A stretch of DNA of 64,000 nt from an uncultured bacterium (GCA_963825135.1 CAWGRW010000009.1:2464001-2528000), one strand, 5' to 3'; counted from the stretch's first letter, positions 1-10,698 are shown. The notes: generated by a model not told the origin, from the letters alone. Numbers and translations: made by a program.

Positions 1-867
1 CAGGCTCTCCACTTCTTGACTGTAATGCTTCCTCAGCTTTTCGAGCTCGGTAATATCCGCCTTGTCGTGCTGTGTGACGTGCGGTGCTTTCCAGGACTCG
101 CTCAGCCGCTCGGCGGTGAGTCTCCTGACGCGGCTCATTTTTACACGCTCGGTCTCCCCGTACTTGTCGTCGTATGGCGCGGCTTCCGAGGGAGGAGATG
201 TTTCTTCGGGCTCTGCATGTCCGGGCGCGGGCTTCGTTTCTTCGGGGCCTCCCTTTTTCCCATACGCCTCGACGTCGTCTTCCGTGATGCGCCCGCCGGG
301 TCCGGTGCCCCTGACCCTTGTTATATCTATTCCCATCTCTCGCGCCTGTCTCCTCAAGGTCGGCGAAGCCGGAACGATCTGCGGGGTCTTCCCCTCCCTT
401 TCCCCCACTACTCCAGCCGGTTCCGTCTTTTTCTCCGGAGCCGTTATTACTTCGGCCTTCTTTACGGGCTCGGCTTTTTTTGGAGCCTCTTTATCTTCCG
501 CTTTCTTCTCTGCGGTCTCTGTCGGCCTCTTTTTTTCGGCCGCTTCGACGACTTCGGGTTCCTCTTTTTTCGGCGGAGACTCTTCCTCTTTTACGGTTTT
601 CTTTTCAGCCGCCTTTTCTTCCCCGGCCGCCCCGTCGTCTATCGTGACCAGGAGCTGTCCTATCTTTATCGTATCCCCTTCCCTGACGTGGACCTCTTTG
701 ATCACGCCTTCCGCGGGCGAGGGTATCTCCAGCGCGGCCTTATCGGTTTCGAGCTCCATCAAGGCCTGCTCTTTTTCAACCCTGTCGCCGGGCGATACGT
801 ACACCCTCACCACGTCCCCCGTCTCGATGTCCTCGCCCAGGTCGGGCAGCTTAAATTCGATTGCCAT
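1..867 (-). CDS. aceF: Pyruvate dehydrogenase E2 dihydrolipoamide acetyltransferase (N-terminal part; runs off window edge)
   Basis: Not in the ORF track. Manual minus-strand read from ATG 867: MAIEFKLPDLGEDIETGDVVRVYVSPGD...ELETDKAALEIPSP (lipoyl domain), then a charged linker and an E3-binding domain (ASPTLRRQAREMGID...GTGPGGRITEDDV). Lies downstream of aceE. Confidence 0.93.
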   Translation of the reverse strand, partial: MAIEFKLPDLGEDIETGDVVRVYVSPGDRVEKEQALMELETDKAALEIPSPAEGVIKEVHVREGDTIKIGQLLVTIDDGAAGEEKAAEKKTVKEEESPPKKEEPEVVEAAEKKRPTETAEKKAEDKEAPKKAEPVKKAEVITAPEKKTEPAGVVGEREGKTPQIVPASPTLRRQAREMGIDITRVRGTGPGGRITEDDVEAYGKKGGPEETKPAPGHAEPEETSPPSEAAPYDDKYGETERVKMSRVRRLTAERLSESWKAPHVTQHDKADITELEKLRKHYSQEVESL

Positions 868-1010
868 ATTCGATACGCCTCAAAGTATAGTCACTATTTT
901 TATAACATATTCCGGATTAGATTCTAATACAAAAAGATAAATATTCATCATCTCACTTTTGTGGCATTTCGGAATCGCGTATTAGGTTCAATCATTATGT
1001 CGCGAAATAT

Positions 1011-1131
1011 AAATCCTCCCTAACCCTCCTTTTTCTAAGGAGGGAATTAAAAACATTTCCCCCTTTGGAAAAGGGGGATTAAGGGGGATTTATTTTTAAA
1101 TCTGTCATGCTGAACTGGTTTCAGCATCTCG
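1011..1131. repeat. Cluster of REP-like palindromes (two CCCC/GGGG-type hairpins and one GTCAT...ATCTC element)
   Basis: aaatcctccctaaccctcctttttctaaggagggaa; ttccccctttggaaaagggggattaagggggattt; gtcatgctgaactggtttcagcatctc. Related copies occur at 9631 and 9671. Confidence 0.8.
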
Positions 1132-1196
1132 TTTTATCTTTTCTTTCAGTTTTCCATTTCAGATATACATAACCGTCGTTGTTAGTCCGTGTCATT

Positions 1197-3881
1197 CTAC
1201 GCTATCAAAGGGTTCGCTTTTCCCGGATTGATTTCTAGGTCCTTGATCGCTTTCTCTACAGTATCCGTGCCGATTTTCTTTTCCCACGTCAGGGACGCGA
1301 GTACGGCTAACGTAACGAACCTCCAGTCCACCTCGAAGAAATCCCTGAGCGCCTTCCTGCTCGCGCTCCTGCCGAAGCCGTCCGTACCCAATGATACGAG
1401 GGGGCGCGGGAGCCATTGCGATATCGAGTCCGGGAGGGCCATCACGTAATCGGACGCCGCCACGAAGACACCCGGGGCGTCTTTCATGCACTGTGTTATA
1501 TATGGCACCCTCCTTATCTCAGACGGATGGAGCATGTTCCATCTTTCGTTCTCACAGCCGTCCCTGTAGAGCTCCTTATAGCTCGTGACGCTCCACACGT
1601 CTGCGGCGACCCCGTATTGTTCCTCCAGCACCTGCTGGGCCTTGAGCACTTCGTTTAATATCGTTCCGCTTCCGAAAAGCTGCGCGTGGAGTTCCGTGTC
1701 CTTGAGCCCGGACGCCCTGAATTTATACATCCCCTTCAATATCCCTTCCCTCGCTCCCTCGGGCATGGGCGGCTGCGCGTATGTTTCATTCATGACCGTT
1801 ATATAATAGAAAATATTCTCCTGGTTTACGTACATCCGTCTTATGCCTTCCTCTATGATGACTGCGATCTCGTAAGCATATGCGGGGTCGTATGCTTTCA
1901 GGTTCGGCACGGGGTACGCGAGCAGATGGCTGTGTCCGTCCTGGTGCTGGAGCCCCTCGCCCGCAAGCGTCGTCCTTCCCGCGGTACCTCCCACCATGAA
2001 ACCCTTCGCCCTTGAGTCGCCCGCCGCCCATACGAGGTCTCCTATCCTCTGGAAGCCGAACATCGAATAGAATATAAAAAACGGGATCATGTTTATGCCG
2101 TGCGTGGCGTAAGCCGTTCCGGCGGCGATGAACGACGACATCGATCCGGCCTCCGTTATCCCCTCTTCGAGTATCTGCCCGTCCTTTGCCTCTTTGTAGA
2201 ACAGCAGCGTCTCCGCGTCCACAGGCTCGTAGAGCTGGCCCGCGTGAGAGTATATGCCTACCTGCCTGAAAAGGGACTCCATCCCGAACGTGCGGGCCTC
2301 ATCGGGGACTATCGGTACTATGTACCTCCCGATGTTCTTGTCTTTGAGCATCTTCGAGAGCATGCGCACGATTGCCATCGTCGTTGCGACGGGCCTCCCG
2401 CCCGAGCCTTTATAATACTCCTCGAATATCGAGGGAGAGGGGGGCTCGAGAGGCGCGCAGTTGACCTCCCTCTTCGGAAGATATCCGCCTAACTCCTGCC
2501 TGCGCTCCTGTAAATATTTTATTTCCGGACTGTCGTCGGGAGGCCTGTAAAAAGGCGCCCTTACGACGTCCTCGTCCGATATGGGTATGTCGAACCTCGT
2601 CCTGAATTCCTTGAGCTCGTCCTCGTTGAGCTTTTTCTGCTGGTGAGTGATGTTCCGGCCCTCCCCGGCTTCGCCGAGACCGTAACCCTTTACAGTCTTG
2701 GCGAGAATAACAGTGGGAGAGCCTTTGTGCTCTACGGCCGCTTTAAAGGCGGGATAGATTTTTTCGGGGTCGTGCCCCCCCCGCCTCAGTTTTACCAGCT
2801 CCTCGTCCGAGAGGTCTTTCACCATTTCGAGGAGCCTCGGGTCCGTTCCGAAAAAATGCTTCCGTATGTAATCACCGGATTCGACGAGGTATTTCTGGTA
2901 CTCCCCATCGACCGCCTCGCCCATGCGCTTAACGAGTATTCCATCCTTGTCTTTCGCGAGTAAGGGGTCCCAGCTGCTCCCCCATATGACCTTGATCACG
3001 TTCCACCCGGCGCCCCTGAATATCGCCTCCAGCTCCTGAATTATCTTTCCGTTTCCCCTCACTGGTCCGTCAAGGCGCTGGAGGTTGCAGTTTACGACGA
3101 AGATGAGGTTATCCAGCTTTTCTCTCGACGCGAGGGTTATAGCGCCCAGCGCTTCGGGCTCGTCGCATTCCCCGTCCCCGAGGAAGGCCCAGACCTTTGC
3201 GTCCGAATGCTCCTTGAGTCCCCTGTCCTCGAGATAACGGCTAAACCGCGCCTGGTATATCGACATAATCGGGCTTAGCCCCATAGATACCGTCGGGAAT
3301 TGCCAGAAGTTGGGCAATAGCCAGGGGTGAGGGTACGAGGGAAGCCCTCCGCCGGGCAAAAGCTCCCGCCTGAAGTTTTGCAGGTTTTCGATCGTTAGGC
3401 GGCCTTCGAGGAACGCCCTCGCATATACACCCGGGGCTGCGTGGCCCTGGAAATAGACGATATCCCCCTCCTTATTCCCGTTTCCGGCCCTTAGAAAATG
3501 GTTGAAGGCTACTTCGTAAAGTGCCGCCGCCGAAGCAAAAGTCGAGATGTGCCCGCCTATACCTTCTTCGAGCCTGTTCGCCCTCACCACCATAGCCATC
3601 GCGTTCCACCTTATGAGGCTCCTGATGTTCCACTCGAGCGCCTGGTCACCCGGGTATGGCGGCTGCATCTCCACGGGGATCGTGTTTATGTATGGGGTAT
3701 TGGCTGTAAAATGGAGCCTCACCCCCTTTTTCTGGGCGTGTATCTGGAGGATTTTTAAGAGCTTGCTTACCCGCTCTGGGCCGCTCGTCTTGAGGACGTA
3801 GTCTATGGACTCGACCCACTCCCTGTTTTCGAGCTCATCGGGACTACTCTCATTTTTCTTTTTGTCTGTAGTTTCGTCCAT
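1197..3881 (-). CDS. aceE: Pyruvate dehydrogenase E1, homodimeric type
   Basis: GGHISTFASAA, FQGHAAPG, TPP motif GDGECDEPE...NCNLQRLDGPV, GEGLQHQDGHS. Probable start MDETT at 3881 (the ORF track extends to 3932). Confidence 0.97.
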   Translation of the reverse strand: MDETTDKKKNESSPDELENREWVESIDYVLKTSGPERVSKLLKILQIHAQKKGVRLHFTANTPYINTIPVEMQPPYPGDQALEWNIRSLIRWNAMAMVVRANRLEEGIGGHISTFASAAALYEVAFNHFLRAGNGNKEGDIVYFQGHAAPGVYARAFLEGRLTIENLQNFRRELLPGGGLPSYPHPWLLPNFWQFPTVSMGLSPIMSIYQARFSRYLEDRGLKEHSDAKVWAFLGDGECDEPEALGAITLASREKLDNLIFVVNCNLQRLDGPVRGNGKIIQELEAIFRGAGWNVIKVIWGSSWDPLLAKDKDGILVKRMGEAVDGEYQKYLVESGDYIRKHFFGTDPRLLEMVKDLSDEELVKLRRGGHDPEKIYPAFKAAVEHKGSPTVILAKTVKGYGLGEAGEGRNITHQQKKLNEDELKEFRTRFDIPISDEDVVRAPFYRPPDDSPEIKYLQERRQELGGYLPKREVNCAPLEPPSPSIFEEYYKGSGGRPVATTMAIVRMLSKMLKDKNIGRYIVPIVPDEARTFGMESLFRQVGIYSHAGQLYEPVDAETLLFYKEAKDGQILEEGITEAGSMSSFIAAGTAYATHGINMIPFFIFYSMFGFQRIGDLVWAAGDSRAKGFMVGGTAGRTTLAGEGLQHQDGHSHLLAYPVPNLKAYDPAYAYEIAVIIEEGIRRMYVNQENIFYYITVMNETYAQPPMPEGAREGILKGMYKFRASGLKDTELHAQLFGSGTILNEVLKAQQVLEEQYGVAADVWSVTSYKELYRDGCENERWNMLHPSEIRRVPYITQCMKDAPGVFVAASDYVMALPDSISQWLPRPLVSLGTDGFGRSASRKALRDFFEVDWRFVTLAVLASLTWEKKIGTDTVEKAIKDLEINPGKANPLIA

Positions 3882-4011
3882 TCGCCGGACCCGTCGGGCA
3901 GTAGAAAATCTCCAATGAAAATAATAATGCACACGGTCTCTTTAAGTCAACCGTTATTAAGCCCGGAATCCGCGCTGAAGAACGATTTCGAACGGGTAAC
4001 GGAATCGATTG

Positions 4012-4138
4012 TGTCATTGCGAGGAAGCGCAGCGACCGCGGCAATCTCGTCTTCTTTAAATTTCCTTCCCCATATCAGGGGGAAGGTCGGTATGGGAGTG
4101 TACAGTCAGTCATGCCCGAAATCCTCAATCGGGAATCC
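4012..4138. repeat. Cluster of REP-like palindromes
   Basis: tgtcattgcgaggaagcgcagcgaccgcggcaatctcgtc (4012-4051); ccttccccatatcagggggaagg hairpin (4064-4086); gtcatgcccgaaatcctcaatcgggaatcc (4109-4138). Confidence 0.8.
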
Positions 4139-4186
4139 GCACGCTGGCGTGATACTAAGGTTTCTGCGGCGCTACTCAGAGGCAGC

Positions 4187-6946
4187 CTACTCAGGCGGAA
4201 TCTGCCGCCCCGTGACCGGATCGTATTTCACCGATACGGCGGCCACCTGATCCGTGGGCACGACCTCTATCCACTGGTCTATCAACTCAAACTCCCCGCC
4301 CTCTATGGACTGCGCGCGGAACCCGCCCTCGAGCGGGTCGAATCCGAACTCGTACACGCGGTCGACGGGTGTTGCGGACACGGTGGCGTCCGGGTCGTCC
4401 GGGCGGAGCGGGTCGGGCGTGGTCTTGACGGTTTCACTCTGCGCATGCTTCTGCGCCACTTTGTCCGCGAGCTCGTTAAGCTCCTGCTCGATTGCGGGGT
4501 CGAGGCCGTCGCTCCCTTCGAGCACGCCCTTTAACCAGTCCATGGCCTCGCGCTCGCGGCCGGGCCTTATGGGCACAATCGCCTTCACCCAGGGGGCGTT
4601 CAAAAACGCGTTACGCATCGAGTCGGCGTCGAGCTGCAGGAGCCACCCGAGCGAGCTCCCGAGCTTTGCCGGAGCGGAACTCTCCGTGATGTAATAGTTC
4701 GGCCTCCCGGCCTCCATCCCCCCGCCCCAGCTCACGACGCTCCTCCCGGGAATGGCGGTCGAGACCTGCTGCTTCACTACGTTCCCCGCTGCGTCGAGCA
4801 CCACGGTCTCGGCGCCCATCGTCTGGGATTTCTTCGCGTGCGGCTTCCACCACTCGGGCGCGACGAAGTAGAGCATTTTCTCCAGATCGAACAGCTTGTT
4901 CAGCACCTCCGACCACGCGTGGCGTGTCTCGTCCGACATATACGGGTATGTGAATTTCTTGCCCGACAGTATCTCCTCGTCTGTAAGGCCGTTTTTCCCG
5001 GGTGCGAGCGATTGCACGAGCCTCCTGTAAACGGCGATCCGCTCCTCCTGCCGGAGGTCCTCGTAACGCCGGGGCGCGATCTTGGATGCGGCCGCGATCC
5101 TCTCGCGCGCGGCCTTTATGTACGCCTCCTCGTACGCGCGCTTCTGCTCCGCGACAAACGTGCTCATCTTCTTGTCGTTCTCCGCCCTTATCTTGGCGAG
5201 GTCCTCCATCGATTCCCACGTGAGCTCCAGCTGCACCGGAATCGAGCGGGAGTCGTGAAAGTTCACTCTGTCCAGATAGAGCCTGAATTCGAAGTAACCG
5301 TCTTTCAGGTCCACAAATTCCTTGGGGTCGTATTTGTTGACCGAGACCTCGGCGTCGCCCTGCGGTATAACCTTGACCGCCGAGAGCCTGTAGTCCTTAT
5401 CGGGCGCCCGGAATTTCTGAGGGAATACCGACTTTATACACTCGACGTCGTCCAGGTATCCGATAGACGATTCGATGCCGTCCTCATACGTCTGATCGGT
5501 ATCGTCGTCGTCGGCAGCGTCGCAATCGAGCTCGGGATGCGCCTCCGGTTGAAACGGTATCAGGACGCTCTCGCTGGTCGACTTCGGCGGCTTGGGCTCG
5601 ATCATCTGCGGGTGAGGGATATTCGACAGGTTGGGCGGCTCGGCGATGTGCACGAGGTTGGCCACGCCCAGCTCCCTCGCCGGGTCGTCGACGAACGTCT
5701 GCCACGAGAGGTACGTGCCCACGTCCTGCACCTGCACGGCGACCCTCCTCATCTTGCGCCTGAGCTCGTAGTTTATGACGTCGTCCCCGGGGTTGGACAC
5801 GACGTACCTCTTCGAGGATATCTCCTCCTTCTCTGTGACAGTCTTAAACGTCGTGTGCACGCTCTTTTCCATGAGCGACGCTATGCGCTGCGTCTGTCTC
5901 CGCATGAGGTCGTGCACGGCATAGCGCGATTCGGACTGCGTCTGGTGATAATCGAGCGAGGAGGATGCCTGCACGCTCCCGACTATCCAGCTATGGCTCC
6001 CGCTAACGGACGCTCCGAAGCTCAGGTCCTGCTGGTTTGACTGCGTCACAGCCTCGTGCATGTCCTCGAGCGTGAAGCTCTCGTCGAACTGCTCGACGCG
6101 GGCGAACGCCGACTCGTCTATTATGGATTCCGTGAGGGTGCGTCTCTTGTTCACCTCCACTAACTCGACCGTCGTATGCGGAGCTACCCACACGTGGCCG
6201 ACCGGGGAGCCGAGGAAGCTGTCGAGCTCGAAGAAATACTGTCTGTAGAGGTGTATGACGCCCACCGGCGAGACGACCGTGCGGCTCAGTATGTTTCCCG
6301 GATCGAGGTATCCGAACGCATTGAACGCGCCGAACAGCTTGACGGCCGCGTTCAGGCGGTCGAGCGTAGTCGTGTTGTGGAAGAAGATGTGCTTCAGCTC
6401 GCCCGCTGCGCCCGAGTCGCGCAGCAGCTTCAGCTGCCCGGCCATGCGCGATTCGTTATCCAGATAATCGAGCGTCTTCTGCGAGCGCACCGAAATGTGC
6501 GCCTCCCGCCCGCCCGCCTCGTCGTGAGGATCGAGTATGCGCATAGCTTCCTGCTTCACCTCGCGGTTGAGCGTGGCCATCAGCATGTCGTCCGTAAGCT
6601 TGTGCCTCCAGTAATCCGGGTCGTCGCGGTCGGCGTCCGCGGAAAAATTCGGGGCCAGCGCCTCGACGAGCTTGCTCGGGTAAACGGGCTTGTCGTTCGC
6701 GGTGCCGATCCCTATCTCCCCGATCCTGTCGAGCACGCGGTCCGCGTTGAGCTTCGCGTCCACGTTCGGGCTGATCTTCCCGAAAACCGTATCGCCCAGC
6801 TTGCTGCGCTCGGTCGCGTACGACTTCAAAAACCAGCCCTTCGACCGCGCGCCGCGCCAGCCCAGCAGTGTCTGGTAGACGCCGAAAAGCTCGCTCCCGT
6901 AGGGGTACTGCCCTTTGAATTTCTCTAGGTCTTCGTATTTGATCAT
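4187..6946 (-). CDS. Large uncharacterised protein (919 aa), possibly pore-forming-toxin-like
   Basis: Long clean ORF with SD-like GGGAG upstream. No signal peptide seen. Contains a Ser/Gly-rich alternating segment QDLSFGASVSGSHSWIVGSVQASSSLDY. Function is inferred only. Confidence 0.85.
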   Translation of the reverse strand: MIKYEDLEKFKGQYPYGSELFGVYQTLLGWRGARSKGWFLKSYATERSKLGDTVFGKISPNVDAKLNADRVLDRIGEIGIGTANDKPVYPSKLVEALAPNFSADADRDDPDYWRHKLTDDMLMATLNREVKQEAMRILDPHDEAGGREAHISVRSQKTLDYLDNESRMAGQLKLLRDSGAAGELKHIFFHNTTTLDRLNAAVKLFGAFNAFGYLDPGNILSRTVVSPVGVIHLYRQYFFELDSFLGSPVGHVWVAPHTTVELVEVNKRRTLTESIIDESAFARVEQFDESFTLEDMHEAVTQSNQQDLSFGASVSGSHSWIVGSVQASSSLDYHQTQSESRYAVHDLMRRQTQRIASLMEKSVHTTFKTVTEKEEISSKRYVVSNPGDDVINYELRRKMRRVAVQVQDVGTYLSWQTFVDDPARELGVANLVHIAEPPNLSNIPHPQMIEPKPPKSTSESVLIPFQPEAHPELDCDAADDDDTDQTYEDGIESSIGYLDDVECIKSVFPQKFRAPDKDYRLSAVKVIPQGDAEVSVNKYDPKEFVDLKDGYFEFRLYLDRVNFHDSRSIPVQLELTWESMEDLAKIRAENDKKMSTFVAEQKRAYEEAYIKAARERIAAASKIAPRRYEDLRQEERIAVYRRLVQSLAPGKNGLTDEEILSGKKFTYPYMSDETRHAWSEVLNKLFDLEKMLYFVAPEWWKPHAKKSQTMGAETVVLDAAGNVVKQQVSTAIPGRSVVSWGGGMEAGRPNYYITESSAPAKLGSSLGWLLQLDADSMRNAFLNAPWVKAIVPIRPGREREAMDWLKGVLEGSDGLDPAIEQELNELADKVAQKHAQSETVKTTPDPLRPDDPDATVSATPVDRVYEFGFDPLEGGFRAQSIEGGEFELIDQWIEVVPTDQVAAVSVKYDPVTGRQIPPE

Positions 6947-7055
6947 ATGGCGCTCCCTGATTCAGTTTAAACCGAGAGGCGTCCGTCGCCCGTATCTGCG
7001 GGCGCTGTGAGCTGATGGAAACAAGGCGGAAGGTATATTAGGCGGAACTATCCCC

Positions 7056-7152
7056 CCTAACCCGGCGGCCGGACTGACTGGGGCTCGATTACGTCCCGAG
7101 TCTCCTGGCTTTGCGTCCCATCCTCACAAATGGTTTGCCCTTATCGGTTAGG
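7056..7152 (-). ncRNA. c-di-GMP-I (GEMM) riboswitch
   Basis: Minus strand reads CCUAACCGAUAAGGGCAAACCAUUUGUGAGGAUGGGACGCAAAGCCAGGAGAC...GUCAGUCCGGCCGCCGGGUUAGG. It has the GGCAAACC / GNRA loop / GGGACGCAAAGCC hallmarks and a closing P1 stem, in the 5' leader of the 919-aa gene. Confidence 0.9.
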
Positions 7153-7166
7153 AAATCCTTTATCAC

Positions 7167-7196
7167 ATCATAGCCATATCGGCCGCGCGAAGTCAA
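7167..7196 (-). promoter_or_regulatory. Sigma70-type promoter for the riboswitch/919-aa gene
   Basis: TTGACT-18 nt-TATGAT on the minus strand just upstream of the aptamer. Confidence 0.65.
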
Positions 7197-7404
7197 GATG
7201 ATTTGCCGTGATGATTGCTCCGCCCGAAGGAATATTCAATGTATTCATGCGCATACAAATATGAATACATTGTTAAGCCCGCCCTTCACAGGCGGATGCG
7301 GCGAGCATACAGTCGCTCCCCGGCTTCCCCAACGCTCCCGCATGTCAGCTGCGGCTCGCCGCCCCGTTCGTCCTTCATCTCTATTTCCCTCCCCCTTGAA
7401 GGGG

Positions 7405-7578
7405 AACAGTTGCAAGCGAGTACTGTTTCGAATGTGTGAGAAACAGGTCGAACCGGGCTGATTTCTCGACCGTTCATATTCAAGGGAAAAATTGCCATAA
7501 GATAAAACCAACTGGTCGCTCTCCCAACAAAAGCACTGATGTATATTAACTCGGCAGGGTGATGGTTAATACAAAATA
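7405..7578. mobile_element. Putative non-autonomous mini-element (copy A, with copy D nested at ~7421-7508) inserted in a CCCC/GGGG palindrome
   Basis: Host halves ttccctcccccttgaagggg (7385-7404) and gtcaggatgggggtg (7579-7593). Insert begins AAC with stem cagttg/caactg closing before GTCG. It matches the copy at 9716 in 27 of 38 gapless positions. Confidence 0.6.
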
Positions 7579-7603
7579 GTCAGGATGGGGGTGTTACCTT
7601 TCT

Positions 7604-8030
7604 GTAGGAGCGGCTTCCAGTCGCGAAAACTAACCTGTCATTGCGAGGGAACGGTTCTGAACGTGTGCAAGAACCGGTCGTCGTCGGCTGATTGCAAGTA
7701 CGCTCTTCTATTGATGCACGAGGGTCGCACGGGCCAAATTACGCATTTTGTGACCGCGGTAATCTCGTCTTTTCTTTTCCGACATTACAGAATTTGCGTT
7801 AAGAAAATCGATTGTACGAGCGTTAAGAATCTTACGTGGGCCGGGGTGGGATCGGAAGATTTAGCGAGTACATGAGATTTTTAGCACAATTCTGTAGTCG
7901 GATGATTTTTGCTTCTTTTCATCAAGGAAAAGAAGGATAAATAAAACAGCCTTTCACCTTATCCGTGTCTTTGCTTTGTCTTTTCGAAAGACCACACTAC
8001 GTGTGTGTCGCGGCTGGAAGCCGCTTCTAC
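7604..8030. repeat. Inverted pair of GTAG-type REPs (REPIN-like) enclosing ~380 bp
   Basis: gtaggagcggcttccagtcgcga (7604-7626) and tcgcggctggaagccgcttctac (8008-8030) are near-exact reverse complements. Confidence 0.75.
7650..7741. mobile_element. Putative mini-element copy C inserted in a GTCATTGCGAG palindrome
   Basis: Host halves tgtcattgcgaggg (7636-7649) and ...gtgaccgcggtaatctcgtc (to 7769). Insert: AA-cggttct-gaacgtgtgca-agaaccg-GTCG...ccaaatta, 92 nt. Confidence 0.55.
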
Positions 8031-8118
8031 AAATTTAGGAGCGTTACTCCGAGCGCCACGGAGTAACCGCGGCAATCCCTCATTCCTCCCCCAAAAAAAT
8101 TGACGCTCCTTCTATTGA

Positions 8119-9573
<1,455 letters not shown>

Positions 9574-9589
9574 TATACCCGTGCAGGAC

Positions 9590-9841
9590 GTCATTCCGGT
9601 CTCGTTTCAGAATCTCATCCTCTTATTTCCGTCATGCTGAACTTGTTTCAGCATCTCGTCTTTCTTTCCATTCCCTCCTTAGAAAAAGGAAACTAATGCG
9701 AGCATGCGAGCATTCGGTCGCTCCTACAACAAAGACACCTAGGTTCATTAGCTATTGGCTAGCAATATCAGAAACCAAAACGAGGGAGGATTTACTCTTT
9801 CTTTGTCATTGCGAGACAGCGTCAGCTGTCGCGGCAATCCC
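9590..9841. repeat. Cluster of REP-like palindromes between lpdA and lipB
   Basis: GTCAT...ATCTC elements at 9590-9616 and 9631-9657, a split CCCC/GGGG element at 9671-9793, and gtcattgcgagacagcgtcagctgtcgcggcaatcc at 9805-9840. Confidence 0.8.
9691..9782. mobile_element. Putative mini-element copy B inserted in a palindrome
   Basis: Flanks ttccctccttagaaaaagga and agggaggattt exactly match the reverse complement of the intact element at 1011-1046, minus 5 bp (gggtt). Insert is 92 nt. Confidence 0.62.
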
Positions 9842-9945
9842 TTTCAAACCAATTCTTTAAAATGTTCCTGGCACAATGTATGTTTATAAAACTATCCTGG
9901 TATATAATGCTATGCTGATTAGTGCGCTTATGATATAATAAAATA

Positions 9946-10698
9946 ATGAACACTTTTAGAGTATACAAGCTCGGAAAGGTCCCCTACCGGAAGGCGCTCG
10001 AGCTACAGACGAAACTTATCGAGATGAGGAGGAAGGGAGAGATCGGCGACACCCTTCTGCTCCTCGAACACCCTCCTACGTTCACTACCGGCCGCCGCGG
10101 CAACATGGGGAACCTCCTTGCAGCTAAGGATTACTTGAGCAGGGCGGGCATCCATTTCGAGGTGATAAGCAGGGGCGGGGACATCACCTATCACGGCCCC
10201 GGCCAGCTTGTCGGGTATCCGATAATCGACCTGAACGGCATGGGCAGGGATGTCCATAAATATCTGAGGAACCTCGAAGAGACGATCATAACCTCACTCC
10301 GGGATTTCGGCATCGGGGGCAGGAGAATAAAGGGCATAACAGGCGTTTGGGCGAAATGGCATAAAATAGCCTCCATAGGAGTTGGCGTCAGGAGGTGGGT
10401 CACCTACCACGGATTCGCGCTCAACGTGAATACCGACCTCTCCTACTTCGACATGATAGTCCCCTGCGGCATAGAGAACGTAAAAATGACATCTATTCAG
10501 AGATGGCTCGCGAAAAATGAAGAGATCGATATGCCGGAAGTGGAGGAAAGTATTATTAAAGCATTTTCTCAGGTATTTAATATAACCCATTCAAATACAA
10601 CAACACTTTATAATAACATCGCGGATGACAACCTCGACTTCGACCTTCTCCTCGAGATCGGGAAGAGGCTCTCGGACGAATCCGACCTGACCGCATAA
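9946..10698 (+). CDS. lipB: Lipoyl(octanoyl) transferase
   Basis: LLLLEHPPTFTTGRR, RGGDITYHGPGQLVGYP, KIASIG, HGFALNV, IVPCGI. Confidence 0.95.
   Translation: MNTFRVYKLGKVPYRKALELQTKLIEMRRKGEIGDTLLLLEHPPTFTTGRRGNMGNLLAAKDYLSRAGIHFEVISRGGDITYHGPGQLVGYPIIDLNGMGRDVHKYLRNLEETIITSLRDFGIGGRRIKGITGVWAKWHKIASIGVGVRRWVTYHGFALNVNTDLSYFDMIVPCGIENVKMTSIQRWLAKNEEIDMPEVEESIIKAFSQVFNITHSNTTTLYNNIADDNLDFDLLLEIGKRLSDESDLTA

Noticed and set aside
16..940. Plus-strand ORFs of 303 and 292 aa
   Set aside because: Antisense shadows of aceF, which is clearly encoded on the minus strand.
7056..7152. c-AMP-GMP (GEMM-Ib) specificity of the riboswitch
   Set aside because: The discriminating position appears to be G rather than A, which favours c-di-GMP; not experimentally excluded.
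7237..7278. Possible integron attC site (GCTTAAC on the minus strand followed by an inverted repeat)
   Set aside because: No matching GTTRRRY at the other end, no extrahelical-base pattern, and no integrase or cassette array.
7200..8100. CRISPR array or group II intron in the long intergenic region
   Set aside because: No regularly spaced identical repeats, no cas genes, and no intron domain V motif or RT ORF.
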